DNA of 64,000 nucleotides from Alphaproteobacteria bacterium (GCA_963422645.2 CAXXVO010000009.1:352001-416000); one strand, 5' to 3'; counted from the first letter of the stretch, positions 10,428-20,244 are shown. The notes: generated by a model from the sequence alone, not told the origin. Numbers and translations are program-made.

Positions 10428-10494
10428 CAAATAGGAATGAGTTGCATTTGCTACGTAAGCCACTATGATTATGCAACGCGATTGCATTCGCATC
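10428..10494. promoter_or_regulatory. Putative Fur/iron-box-like operators
   Basis: AT-rich patch with AGGAATGAGTTGCAT and GCGATTGCATTCGCA, imperfect TGCGAATnATTCGCA-type palindromes. Confidence 0.4.
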
Positions 10495-10541
10495 GGTGAT
10501 CATCGCATCGAGCAAGGACCCAACCGAGGGTGGAGAGCGGC

Positions 10542-11137
10542 ATGGCCGACGGCGTCATTCATCAGGACATTCAATCAGTCACGCCGCGCCGCCCGGCCGC
10601 GTCGGGGATGACGATTCCCCGCCTCACCTTCGCCGAACAGCTTGTGCTCTGGTCCGCGCGCCGGCTGGCCGCCGCCGGCCATGGCGCCGCGGCCACCGAG
10701 ACCGATGCCTCGGCCTGCCGACGCGATGTCCGAGCGCGCGTCGGCGGCGAGCTCAGCGTTGCGCTCTGCCCGACCGGCGGCCCCGCAGCAGCAGTCGAAG
10801 CGGCGGAGGCGCTGGAGCGAGCGCTCGACATCTTTGGCTGGGCGTACGCAGCCTGCGGCTCAACCCCATATGCTGCCGTTTCGTCAGCAATGACGAACGG
10901 CTCTTCCTGTCGTTCCTCGCGAGCTGCCAGGAAGGCGACCACCGCCACGCGGCCGCCCTCCTCTCCTGGTTCCTCCCACCGGCGGGGGTGAGAAGCGCGG
11001 CAGCCGATGGCGCCGCGTTCGCGAGGGCGCTGCTCGACGCCGGGTTCCAGCTGCCGCAGCGGCTCATGCTGACCGAGAGCGCGGGCTTCCCCACGAGTGT
11101 ATCGGCGGAAGCGGCCGCGCCGCACACGCTGCACTAG
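10542..11137 (+). pseudogene. Conserved-looking hypothetical protein (PxCCxxxSxDE motif), frameshifted near 10840
   Basis: One frame gives LTFAEQLVLWSARR...ALDIFG; a second frame continues RSLRLNPICCRFVSNDERLFL...to the stop at 11137. Confidence 0.6.
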
Positions 11138-11260
11138 GTCCCGGGCAAGCCAAGACGGGGGTGACAGGAGCGCTCACCCTATAACCCGCCGGCGCGCTTG
11201 CGAATCGCCCCGCTTCCGACCCACAATCGACCGGGGTTGGGCAGACTGCGAGCGTGTTCC

Positions 11261-12760
11261 ATGCGTCGCGATTCGCGCGGCAGGCCTTTGGAGGCCGATA
11301 GCGACGGCCCGGCGGAAGCGGGGAAGCGCCTCTTTGCCGCGTACGAGGCCCGTCCGGCGTTCTATGACGAAATGTTCGAGGCCACCGGCGTGCCGCGCGC
11401 CCATTGCCGGGAGCTCTGCGAGGCGCTCGACGAGATGCGCCCGGCCGAAATCGCCGCCATGCAGGAGTATGCCGAGCGCTCCTTCCTGCACCAGGGGATC
11501 ACGTTTGCGGTCTACGGCGAGGGCGGCGCGCAGGAGCGGATCATCCCCATCGACTTCCTGCCGCGGCTGCTCGACGCCGCCGACTGGGACCTGGTCGAGC
11601 GGGGCCTGAGGCAGCGGCTGGAGGCGCTCAACCGCTTCCTCGCCGATGTCTACGGGCCGGGGCGGATCATCGAGGACGGGGTGGTGCCCGTGGACCTGGT
11701 GCGGGGCTGCCCGCAGTACCGGGTCGAGATGCGGGGCCTGGAGGTGCCCCACGGCGTCTACGTCGCGCTCTGCGGCACCGACATCGTGCGCACCAACGAC
11801 GGCTTCGTGGTGCTGGAGGACAACCTGCGGGTGCCGTCCGGCGTCTCCTACATGCTGGCCAACCGGCGGGCGCTGAAGACCAGCCTGCGCAACCTCTTCC
11901 GCCGCCACCACGTGCGTGGCATCGAGCACTACGGCAAGCTGCTGAGGCAGACCCTCACCGAGCTTGCGCCGCGCGGCGTCTCGGACCCCTGCATCGTCCT
12001 GCTGACGCCGGGCGTTTACAATTCCGCCTTCTACGAGCACATGTTCCTGGCGCAGGAGATGGGCATCGAGCTGGTGCAGGGCAGCGACCTGCTCGTCCAC
12101 AAGGGATTCGTCTACATGCGGACGACCGCGGGGCTCCGAAAGGTGGACGTGATTTACCGCCGCATCGACGACGACTTCATCGACCCGGTGGCGTTCCGCG
12201 CCGATTCGCAGCTCGGCACTCCCGGCCTCTTCTATGCCTACAAGCTCGGCAACGTGACCATTGCCAACGCGCCGGGCACCGGGGTCGCCGACGACAAGAG
12301 CGTCTACGCCTACGTGCCCGAGTTGATCCGCTACTACCTGGGTGAGGAGCCGCTGCTTGCCAACGTCGAGACCCATCTATGCCGAGAGCCGGAGGCGCTG
12401 GAGTACACGCTCGACAATCTGGAGACGCTGATCGTCAAGATGGTGGGCGAATCCGGCGGCTACGGAATGCTGGTCGGCCCCCACGCCTCGCCCGCCGAGC
12501 GCGCAGCCTACGCCGGGGAATTGCGGAGGAACCCGGCCAACTACGTCTCCCAGCCGGTGCTCGACCTCTCGGTCTCGCCCTGCCTCACGCCCGAGGGCGC
12601 GGCACCCCGCCACGTCGACCTCCGCCCCTTCGTCCTGCGCGGGCGCGAGACGCGCCTCGTCCCCGGCGCCTTCTGCCGGGTCGCGCTGGTCAAGGGCTCC
12701 CTGGTGGTCAACTCGAGCCAGGGTGGCGGTGGCAAGGACCTCTGGGTGCTGTCGGACTAG
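11261..12760 (+). CDS. Circularly permuted type 2 ATP-grasp protein (DUF404/DUF407)
   Basis: GITFAVY, VLEDNLRVPSGVSY, YRRIDDDFIDP, GTGVADDK, GGYGMLVGP, LVVNSSQGGGGKD. Confidence 0.95.
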   Translation: MRRDSRGRPLEADSDGPAEAGKRLFAAYEARPAFYDEMFEATGVPRAHCRELCEALDEMRPAEIAAMQEYAERSFLHQGITFAVYGEGGAQERIIPIDFLPRLLDAADWDLVERGLRQRLEALNRFLADVYGPGRIIEDGVVPVDLVRGCPQYRVEMRGLEVPHGVYVALCGTDIVRTNDGFVVLEDNLRVPSGVSYMLANRRALKTSLRNLFRRHHVRGIEHYGKLLRQTLTELAPRGVSDPCIVLLTPGVYNSAFYEHMFLAQEMGIELVQGSDLLVHKGFVYMRTTAGLRKVDVIYRRIDDDFIDPVAFRADSQLGTPGLFYAYKLGNVTIANAPGTGVADDKSVYAYVPELIRYYLGEEPLLANVETHLCREPEALEYTLDNLETLIVKMVGESGGYGMLVGPHASPAERAAYAGELRRNPANYVSQPVLDLSVSPCLTPEGAAPRHVDLRPFVLRGRETRLVPGAFCRVALVKGSLVVNSSQGGGGKDLWVLSD

Positions 12761-12764
12761 GCAC

Positions 12765-13739
12765 ATGCTCTCGCGCAACGCCCAGGGCCTCTACTGGATG
12801 GGCCGCTACTTCGAGCGGGCGCAGCACGGCTGCCACCTGCTGGCGGAGCAGTTCATCATCATCGAGGACCGGCCGGTCGAGCAGATCGACCAGAGCTGGC
12901 GGCGCCTTTACATGGCCCTCGGCCGCACCCCGCTGGGCGGCCATCTGCAACCGCTTCCCGATGACGAAGACTTCATGCTGGCGGACGCCTACACCTTGGC
13001 CGACGATCTGACCTTCGAGCCGACCAACCCGGATGCGATCCGCAACTGCGTCGCGGCGGCGCGCGAGAGCGCCCGGCAGGTCCGCAACATCATCCCCGAC
13101 AAGATGTGGTCCTCTCTCAACCTCGCCTACTTCGATCTACGCGATGTCGAGATGGAGGCCATCTGGAACAACCAGCCGGGCACCTTATACGACCGCACCG
13201 AGGGCGCCATTCGCACCGTCTCGGGCGTCGCCGAAGGCACGATTTACCGTGACGACGGCTGGCACTTTCTCCAGCTGGGGCGCTTCGTCGAACGGACGCA
13301 GCTCATCGCCGCGCTGATGAACGCACACATCGCGCTCTTCCCGACCGCCGCCCCCGACTGCGAAGCGGACTGGCTCTCGCTGCTCTGGATCTGCGAGGCG
13401 CACTTCGCGTACCGTCGGCTTTACTCCCTGGAGCTTCACCCGCCCCGCATGGTCGACTTCCTGGTCGCCGATCCTTCGCTCTCGCATTCGATCCGCCATG
13501 CTCTGGCGCGCATCGTGGAGGCGCTCGATGCCGTTTCCAGCGGCCCGCCGCTCCAGGTCGAAGCCGAACGCCGCGCGGGCCGCATGGCCGCCAGCATCGA
13601 CCACGACTGGCCCGACCGCGACCGCGAGGACGACGACGCCACGCGCGCGGCGCTGCAGGAGTTTGGCCAGTCCTGCCGCCTGCTGCACAACGACATCGCG
13701 GCCGCCTACTTCAACTACGAGATCAAGGACGCGCCGTGA
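12765..13739 (+). CDS. Alpha-E domain-containing protein (DUF403)
   Basis: MLSRNAQGLYWMGRYFERA and FLQLGRFVERT (two ER motifs); ARESARQVR. Confidence 0.92.
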   Translation: MLSRNAQGLYWMGRYFERAQHGCHLLAEQFIIIEDRPVEQIDQSWRRLYMALGRTPLGGHLQPLPDDEDFMLADAYTLADDLTFEPTNPDAIRNCVAAARESARQVRNIIPDKMWSSLNLAYFDLRDVEMEAIWNNQPGTLYDRTEGAIRTVSGVAEGTIYRDDGWHFLQLGRFVERTQLIAALMNAHIALFPTAAPDCEADWLSLLWICEAHFAYRRLYSLELHPPRMVDFLVADPSLSHSIRHALARIVEALDAVSSGPPLQVEAERRAGRMAASIDHDWPDRDREDDDATRAALQEFGQSCRLLHNDIAAAYFNYEIKDAP

Positions 13740-13752
13740 GCGAGGAAACCCC

Positions 13753-14718
13753 GTGAGCGGAGACACACCGCGGCGCTTCCTGGTCGAGCACCTCTCGGAC
13801 TTCCGCTACCAGAAACCGGCGCAGGGCAGCCTGATGGTGCTGCGCCTGCACCCGCGGGCGGATGGCGGGCAGCATGTCGCCAACTTCGCTCTCGAGATCG
13901 AGCCCGCCGCCGCGCCGATCGCGTTCCAGGATCCCTTCGGCAACGCCTGTCACCTCTTCAACGTCCATCGCTCGCACGAGCGCACCACCGTGAAATCGCG
14001 GGCGGAGGTCGAGACCGCGCCGGCGCCGGACCTGCCTGAAGGGATGGAGGGCGACGCCTGGGGTGCGCTGACGGAACTCGCCGCGCCGCTCCAGCATTGG
14101 GAGTTCCTCGCGCCCAGCCAATTCGCGCGCTCGAGCCCGGCGCTCGAGGCATTCGTCGAGGACAAGGGCCTGCGCCGGGGCGGCGACCCCCTCTCCTCGC
14201 TACTGGAATTGGCCCGCGTGCTGCACGGCGCGTTCCGCTACGAGCCGGGCAGCACGGCGGTGGATTCGCCGATCGAGCACATCCTGGAGACCGGAAGCGG
14301 GGTCTGCCAGGACTACACCCACGTGACGATCGCCATAGCGCGCTCGTGGGGCATCCCGAGCCGCTACGTCTCGGGCTACCTGCACCGGGAAGGCGCGCCG
14401 GGCGAGCAGACGCCCGAGGGAGCGAGCCACGCCTGGGCGGAGTTCCTGCTCCCCGATCTCGGCTGGTTCGGGATCGACCCCACCAACGACACCATCGCCG
14501 ATCACCGCCACGTCCGCATCGCCGTGGGCCGCGACTATGCCGATGCGGCGCCGACGCGGGGCGCCGTGTTCGGCGGGGGCGAGTCCCGGCTCGGCGTGGT
14601 GGTGAGAGTGGCGGAGGGCGGCGAGCCGGATCCGATCGCAGCGCCCAGGGCGGAGCGGCCCTTCCTCAGCGACGCCGCGCCCACCCCGGTGGTCCCGCAG
14701 GCCGGCGCCGATCAGTAA
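13753..14718 (+). CDS. Transglutaminase family protein
   Basis: GVCQDYTH, RYVSGYL, ASHAWAE, GIDPTN, GRDYAD catalytic motifs. Confidence 0.93.
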   Translation: MSGDTPRRFLVEHLSDFRYQKPAQGSLMVLRLHPRADGGQHVANFALEIEPAAAPIAFQDPFGNACHLFNVHRSHERTTVKSRAEVETAPAPDLPEGMEGDAWGALTELAAPLQHWEFLAPSQFARSSPALEAFVEDKGLRRGGDPLSSLLELARVLHGAFRYEPGSTAVDSPIEHILETGSGVCQDYTHVTIAIARSWGIPSRYVSGYLHREGAPGEQTPEGASHAWAEFLLPDLGWFGIDPTNDTIADHRHVRIAVGRDYADAAPTRGAVFGGGESRLGVVVRVAEGGEPDPIAAPRAERPFLSDAAPTPVVPQAGADQ

Positions 14719-14803
14719 ACGCGGCGGGTGCCCGCGTTGTGACACCGGGCAATCCCGCCTACCTTGAAGCGTAAGAGCAACGGGTCAGGCGACCGATCGT
14801 TCC

Positions 14804-16210
14804 ATGCGTATTCCCGGCATCGACAAGGCGATAGAGAACCTCGGCAGGTGGGCGGCGAAGGACGAGTGGGAAGGGTATCAATCGGAAATATACGCGACCC
14901 ACATCGATCCCGTCGCCGACGCCCTGGACATGTCCGGGGACGACATCGCCGACCTTCTCGGCGACAGCGCCTTCATGCTGCACGTATTCATCGTCGAGGA
15001 TTTCTTTACCGCCCGCTTCGGCGAAGACGACCAGCAGAACGTCATCGACGACTATCTCAAGCGGCGCGGGTGGCGCGAAGCCGTTTCCGCCAGGCGCTAC
15101 CTGGAGGCGCTGAAGGATTCCGTCGTGTCCCTCTACGAGGTCGTCGACGTCGATCCGGGTCGGAGCGTGACGGTGCGCGATCTGATCCTGGGTGGGGAGG
15201 CGGTGACGGTAAACGAGAAGCAGGGCTCGCAATCGTTGGCGCGCTGGGACCGTCTGGCGGCGCGCATCGTCACCGTGAACGGCAAGGAGCACTTCACGGG
15301 CGGCATTCTTCGCTTTCGCCACGAAGCGTCGCAGGAGCTCTTGTCGTTGTTCGACGAGATGGCGGAGCGGATGAAAGAGGAGTTGCTTGAGGCCGCCAAG
15401 GAGACGGGCGACGATTCGACGCCAGAGCTGGAATCGGTGCGGCGATATATCGTTCTGGGACTGCCCTGCGCACCGATATTCTCGGAGCACTGGACGATCG
15501 ACGCGGTCATGCAGCTTCAGGCTCCCCTGCCGGAGCTTCGCAACAGCGACAACGAGGCGATCGTCTTCTCTGAAGTGCGCTTCCCGGTCGCGGGAGACGA
15601 GGCGAAGGTGGCCGCAGTGCTCGACGGGATCGAGGCGTTGGAGAGGGAGGAAGGCGGCGAGGCGCGCTGGGCCTGGCTTGCACCGGGTTCGCCCTTCGAC
15701 CGGATGGATCGGGATCGCGAGGAAGCTCCGGCGGCCGAAGCGGAGGACACCATCCGCATGACGTCGCTCGGCAACGCCGCGTTGGCGCGCGGCACGCTGG
15801 TTCTCACCGCCAATTCGCGGGAACGGGCCGAGCGGGGGCGGGAACTCTTGGCGTCTCGTCTGGGCAATCTGGTGGGGAACCCGCTGATCTCGCACCAGGA
15901 TCCGGAACAGGCGATGGCGGAGTACGCCGGGCAACCGGAGGACGAACCCGGACTTCCGCCCGAAGAGGCGGCAGGGATTATCCATGCCTACCTCGACGAG
16001 CATTACCGCCGCACCCTGGACGAACCGATTCCCATGCTGGACGGCAAGACCCTGCGGCAGGCCGCGGCGACGACGCCGGGCCGCGCACAGGCGATAGACT
16101 GGCTCAAACAACTGGAGAACAGGGAGCAACACCGCGCCGCGCAACAGGGTGAAAAGCCCTACGACACGGCCTGGATCTGGCGCGAGCTGGGGATCGAGGC
16201 GCCGCGGTAG
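14804..16210 (+). CDS. Hypothetical protein; C-terminus resembles Xre/MbcA/ParS (DUF2384)-like domain
   Basis: 468-aa acidic ORF; SLYEVVDVDPG...VRDL core; C-terminal LDEPIPMLDGKTLRQAA. Confidence 0.7.
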   Translation: MRIPGIDKAIENLGRWAAKDEWEGYQSEIYATHIDPVADALDMSGDDIADLLGDSAFMLHVFIVEDFFTARFGEDDQQNVIDDYLKRRGWREAVSARRYLEALKDSVVSLYEVVDVDPGRSVTVRDLILGGEAVTVNEKQGSQSLARWDRLAARIVTVNGKEHFTGGILRFRHEASQELLSLFDEMAERMKEELLEAAKETGDDSTPELESVRRYIVLGLPCAPIFSEHWTIDAVMQLQAPLPELRNSDNEAIVFSEVRFPVAGDEAKVAAVLDGIEALEREEGGEARWAWLAPGSPFDRMDRDREEAPAAEAEDTIRMTSLGNAALARGTLVLTANSRERAERGRELLASRLGNLVGNPLISHQDPEQAMAEYAGQPEDEPGLPPEEAAGIIHAYLDEHYRRTLDEPIPMLDGKTLRQAAATTPGRAQAIDWLKQLENREQHRAAQQGEKPYDTAWIWRELGIEAPR

Positions 16211-16356
16211 AGCGTATCCGCTTTACGCGGAAACGCTCTAGCGTCTTGTCGCTCACGGCAGTCGGCCTGCGGCCGGCGCCTCAGCGAGGGCGCCGCTAAC
16301 GCGGCGGGCCGCGGTCGCGGCCTGTCGCGCGTCCGTCAAAGACGGACGCGCTCTAG
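16208..16356 (+). repeat. Dispersed structured repeat, TTGTCGCTCACGGCAG family (copy 1)
   Basis: Shares a 16-nt and a 28-nt identical block with 52170-52341 and 22 nt with 47550-47571. Confidence 0.75.
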
Positions 16357-16407
16357 CCTGCATTTCCCACCAGGGCCATGGCGAGAATCGCAGGTTAGCG
16401 AGCCGCT

Positions 16408-17076
16408 CTATCTCGACGCATCGCCGATCGGCTGCTCGACGCGCGCCCGGAGGCCGCTCAACAGGCCCTCGATACCCTCGCGATTGACGACCGAGCTGAA
16501 CTCGGCCCGGTGCGTGAGCAGCATGCTGATGCCTTCGACATAGAGGTCGACGACCTTGTGGCTCCCCTCCTTCGAGCGAACCCGAAAATCGAGCTCGACG
16601 GGATCGGCGCCGGAAGGCCGGGCGACCCGCGAGCGCACGATGGTGTCGCCGCTCGCGTCGGCGATGGCGGAGTGCACCGTGAACTGCTCGCCGCCATAGG
16701 AATAGGAATCGAAGCGGCTCGCGTAGACGCGCGCGAGAAAGTCGAGAAAGATCGCCGAGAATTCCCTGCGCTGCTCACTGGTGGCCGCCTTCCAGTGCCG
16801 CCCGAGCACGAAGCGGGTGACGAGCGGGACGTCGAAGCCCCTGACCATGACGTCGCGGAACGCGGCCTCGCGCTCCGCAAAGGTGCTCTTGTCCTTGTTC
16901 CCGAGGATGGCGATGACGTCGGCGCCGACACTCTGGACGAACGCGACCGCCCGGTCGTCCTGGGCGGATGCGCGCTCTCCTCCGGCCGCGACGAGGAGGG
17001 CAACGATCAAGGCGGTGGCGATGACGGTGCGTCGAGTTGGACGCTTGTAGTTCTTCGATTCCGTTCTTTTCGACAT
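16408..17076 (-). CDS. mlaC: MlaC/Ttg2D phospholipid-binding periplasmic protein
   Basis: FDVPLVTRFVLGRHW, KVVDLYVEGISMLLTHRAEF; signal peptide. Confidence 0.88.
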   Translation of the reverse strand: MSKRTESKNYKRPTRRTVIATALIVALLVAAGGERASAQDDRAVAFVQSVGADVIAILGNKDKSTFAEREAAFRDVMVRGFDVPLVTRFVLGRHWKAATSEQRREFSAIFLDFLARVYASRFDSYSYGGEQFTVHSAIADASGDTIVRSRVARPSGADPVELDFRVRSKEGSHKVVDLYVEGISMLLTHRAEFSSVVNREGIEGLLSGLRARVEQPIGDASR

Positions 17077-17369
17077 GACGACTGTCCGATCCCGACGAGC
17101 CGGCGAGCAATACGGGAGCCAGGCGCAATTCACAATCGTCCCTTCTCAGCCAAAGGAGACTGCGATCCCTTTCGCGCTCGGGGAGGGCGTCGCCCGGCGC
17201 GAGGCGGCCCGGGGCGCCCCGGCGGTTTCGCGAAGGGTGGAGGCTGTCAGCGGCTGCAGGACGGCGGAGGCCGTCGTGACCGCATGTTGCCAACCTGTGC
17301 CATAGTGATTCGTCGGACGTGTCGAGTCGATCCGCCGAGAGCCACTCCCCACGAGAAAGGAGCAGGAAG

Positions 17370-19011
17370 GTGGGAACATCGAGACTGACTTTGTTCGCCC
17401 CGTTGAGACTGGCAGCCGTCGCCATTGCCTTGTCCCTGGGCGTCGTCACGCAAGCGCAAGCGGCCGGAACCCATCCGGTGACAGGCGAGGCGTTGGCGGA
17501 CGATCAGACCTTCACCTACCGCCTGCTCGACCAGTTCCCCACGCTCGACCCGCAGCTCAACCAGGACGTCTCCGGATTCCACGTGATTCGGGACCTCTTC
17601 GAGGGCCTGTTGAGCCAGGACGGGGACGGCAACCTCGTTCCCGGCGTGGCCACGAGCTACGCGGCGTCGGACAACAACACGACCTACACCTTCACGCTGC
17701 GCCAGGACGCCACGTGGTCGAAGGGCGACCCCGTGACCGCGCATGACTTCGTCTACGGCTGGCGGCGCGCGGTCGATCCCGCAACCGCCTCGCCCTACGG
17801 CTGGTTCGTCGAGCTCACCCAGATCGTGAACGCAAAGCAGATCCTGGCGGGCGAGAAGCCGACCGCCGAGCTGGGCGTGAGGGCGGTCGACGATCACACC
17901 CTGGAAGTGAAGTTGAACCAGCCCCTGCCCTACTTTCCGGCGATGACGACCTACGCCACGCTCTTTCCCGCTCCAGGCGACCATCGAGGCCCATGGGACG
18001 AAGTGGACGGCGCCCGACAACATCGTCTCCAACGGTGCCTACGTGCTCGAGGAGGTCGTGCTCAACGAGTTCCACACGCGGGTGAAGAACCCGACGTACT
18101 GGGGCGCGGACGGCGTCATCGTCGAGAGGGTCACGGGCCTCGTCATCAACAACGACAACCAGGCACTGACCCGCTACCGCGCCGGCGAGCTCGACCACCT
18201 GGAGCCGTTGCCCTCGGGGCAGTATCCCGCGCTCAAGGAGGAGCTGCCCGACGAGGCCGCGAGCGTGCCCCGCCTCTGCTCCTACTACTACGCCCTCAAT
18301 CACAGCGAGAGCGGCAATGCGGCGCTGCATGACGTGCGCGTGCGCCAAGCGCTGAGCATGGCCATCGACCGCGACGTGATCGTGGACCGGCTGCTCAAGG
18401 GCGGCCAGTGGCCGGCCTACAACTTCACCCACCTCAAGACCGCCGGCTTCGCGATGCCGATGATCGCCTACGGCCAGCTGAGCCAGGCCGAGCGGGACGC
18501 CGAGGCCAAGCGGCTGATGGCGGAGTCCGGCGCAGAGGGCCTGACGCTCAAGCTGATCTACAACACCTCCGAGAGCCACAAGCAGATCGCCACCGTGATC
18601 GGCCAGATGTGGAAGCAGAAGCTGGGCGTCGCCACGGAGCTCGCGAACTTCGAGTGGAAGACCTACATCAACCTGCGCAAGGCTCAGGAGTTCGACGTGG
18701 CGCGCTCGGGCTGGTGCGGCGACTACAACGAGGCCTCGACCTTCCTCGATCTGCTCACCACCACGCATGGCGCGAACGACGGCAAGTACTCGAACCCGAG
18801 GGTGGATGAGCTGATGAGCGCGTCCAAGACCGCCGAGGACCCGAGCTCGATCTATGCCGAGGTCGAGCAGATCCTGGCCGAGGACATGGCCATCATCCCG
18901 ATCTACCACTATGCGAACACCTTCCTGCTCTCCAGCGATATCAAGGGCTGGCCCTACAACAACGTGGAGAACAACTGGTATTCCAGGAACCTCTACCGCA
19001 TCGCCAAGTGA
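17370..19011 (+). pseudogene. oppA: Oligopeptide ABC transporter substrate-binding protein, frameshifted near 17972 (real or sequencing indel)
   Basis: N half DLFEGL, VTAHDFVYGWRRAVDPATASPY; C half in another frame QATIEAHGTKWT..NIVSNGAY..RSGWCGDYNEASTFL. Confidence 0.85.
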
Positions 19012-19081
19012 GTGACGCCGTGCGGCTGCGGCACGCGTGCCGCGTCGCAAGCCCGCATTTCTCACCACGGTCATGGTCTGC

Positions 19082-19285
19082 GCGGCGCCTTCAGGGCGAG
19101 AGGGTAGGAGCGTCGTGCAGCGCGATGCGGGGACATCGGGCAAACGGCGCGACGCACCCTGTCGCCCTGAAGGCGCCGCCCTTCGGGTCGCGCCCAGGCG
19201 CCCGCCCGCGGCGTTGCGGGCCTCAACCGTATTCCCCGATACGCTTTTCGGCCCGCTCCTGGCGGATCGAACTCCTGGGCGCGAC
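19082..19285. repeat. Two long stem-loops (REP-like) between oppA and oppB
   Basis: 19082-19105 pairs with 19156-19179 (23/24); 19187-19198 pairs with 19274-19285. Confidence 0.7.
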
Positions 19286-19319
19286 GCAGGCCGTGACCCT
19301 GGCGAGAAATGCGGGCTAG

Positions 19320-20243
19320 ATGATCTACTACTTCCTCAAGCGTCTCGCCGTAGCGGTCCCGACGCTGCTGGTCCTCATCGTCGTTTCCTATGTGCTGATG
19401 TACGCAGCACCGGGCGGCCCCTTCGATACCGAACGCACCCTGCCGGCCGAGGTGATGGCCAATCTGCAGGCCAAGTACGGCCTCGACCAGCCGCTGGTCG
19501 TGCAGATCTGGCGCTACGTCGTCTCGATCGTGACCGAGTTCGATTTCGGCCCCTCGTTCCAGTACACCGACCAGACCGTCAACGAGATCATCCGCCAGGG
19601 CTTTCCCGTGACCCTCACCTACGGCGGCTGGTCGTTCCTCGCGGCGGTGCTGGTGGGCGTCTCGCTCGGCATCGCCGCAGCGGTCTACCACAACACCCTT
19701 CTCGACTATCTCGCCGTCGGCGTCTCGGTCGGCGCGCAGGTGCTGCCGAACTTCGTGCTCGCGCCGATCCTCACGCTGATCTTCACGCTCTGGCTCAACT
19801 GGCTCCCCGGCGGCGGCTGGCAGGGCGGGCACTGGCCCTACGTCATCATGCCGGTCATCGCGCTCTCGACCTCGTTCATGGCGTCCATCGCACGCATCAC
19901 GCGCTCCTCCATGCTGGAGGTTCTGAACGCGGGCTTCATCCGCACGGCCCGCGCCAAGGGCCTCTCCATGCGGCGCATCGTGTTCCGCCACGCGCTGAAA
20001 CCGACGCTGCTGCCGGTGATCTCGTTTCTGGGGCCCGCGTTCGTCGGCATGATTACCGGCTCGGTGGTGATCGACGTCTTCTTCGCGACCGGCGGCATCG
20101 GGCAGTTCTTCGTCAACTCGGCGCTCAATCGGGACTATCCGGTGATCATGGGTGTCACCATCCTGGCCGGGGCGCTTACCATCATCTTCAACCTGGTGGT
20201 CGATCTGCTTTACGCCTGGATCGACCCGCGCATCCGGTACTGA
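19320..20243 (+). CDS. oppB: Oligopeptide ABC permease
   Basis: APGGPF, KYGLDQP, FIRTARAKGL, NRDYPVIMG, DPRIRY. Confidence 0.93.
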   Translation: MIYYFLKRLAVAVPTLLVLIVVSYVLMYAAPGGPFDTERTLPAEVMANLQAKYGLDQPLVVQIWRYVVSIVTEFDFGPSFQYTDQTVNEIIRQGFPVTLTYGGWSFLAAVLVGVSLGIAAAVYHNTLLDYLAVGVSVGAQVLPNFVLAPILTLIFTLWLNWLPGGGWQGGHWPYVIMPVIALSTSFMASIARITRSSMLEVLNAGFIRTARAKGLSMRRIVFRHALKPTLLPVISFLGPAFVGMITGSVVIDVFFATGGIGQFFVNSALNRDYPVIMGVTILAGALTIIFNLVVDLLYAWIDPRIRY

Positions 20244-20244
20244 C

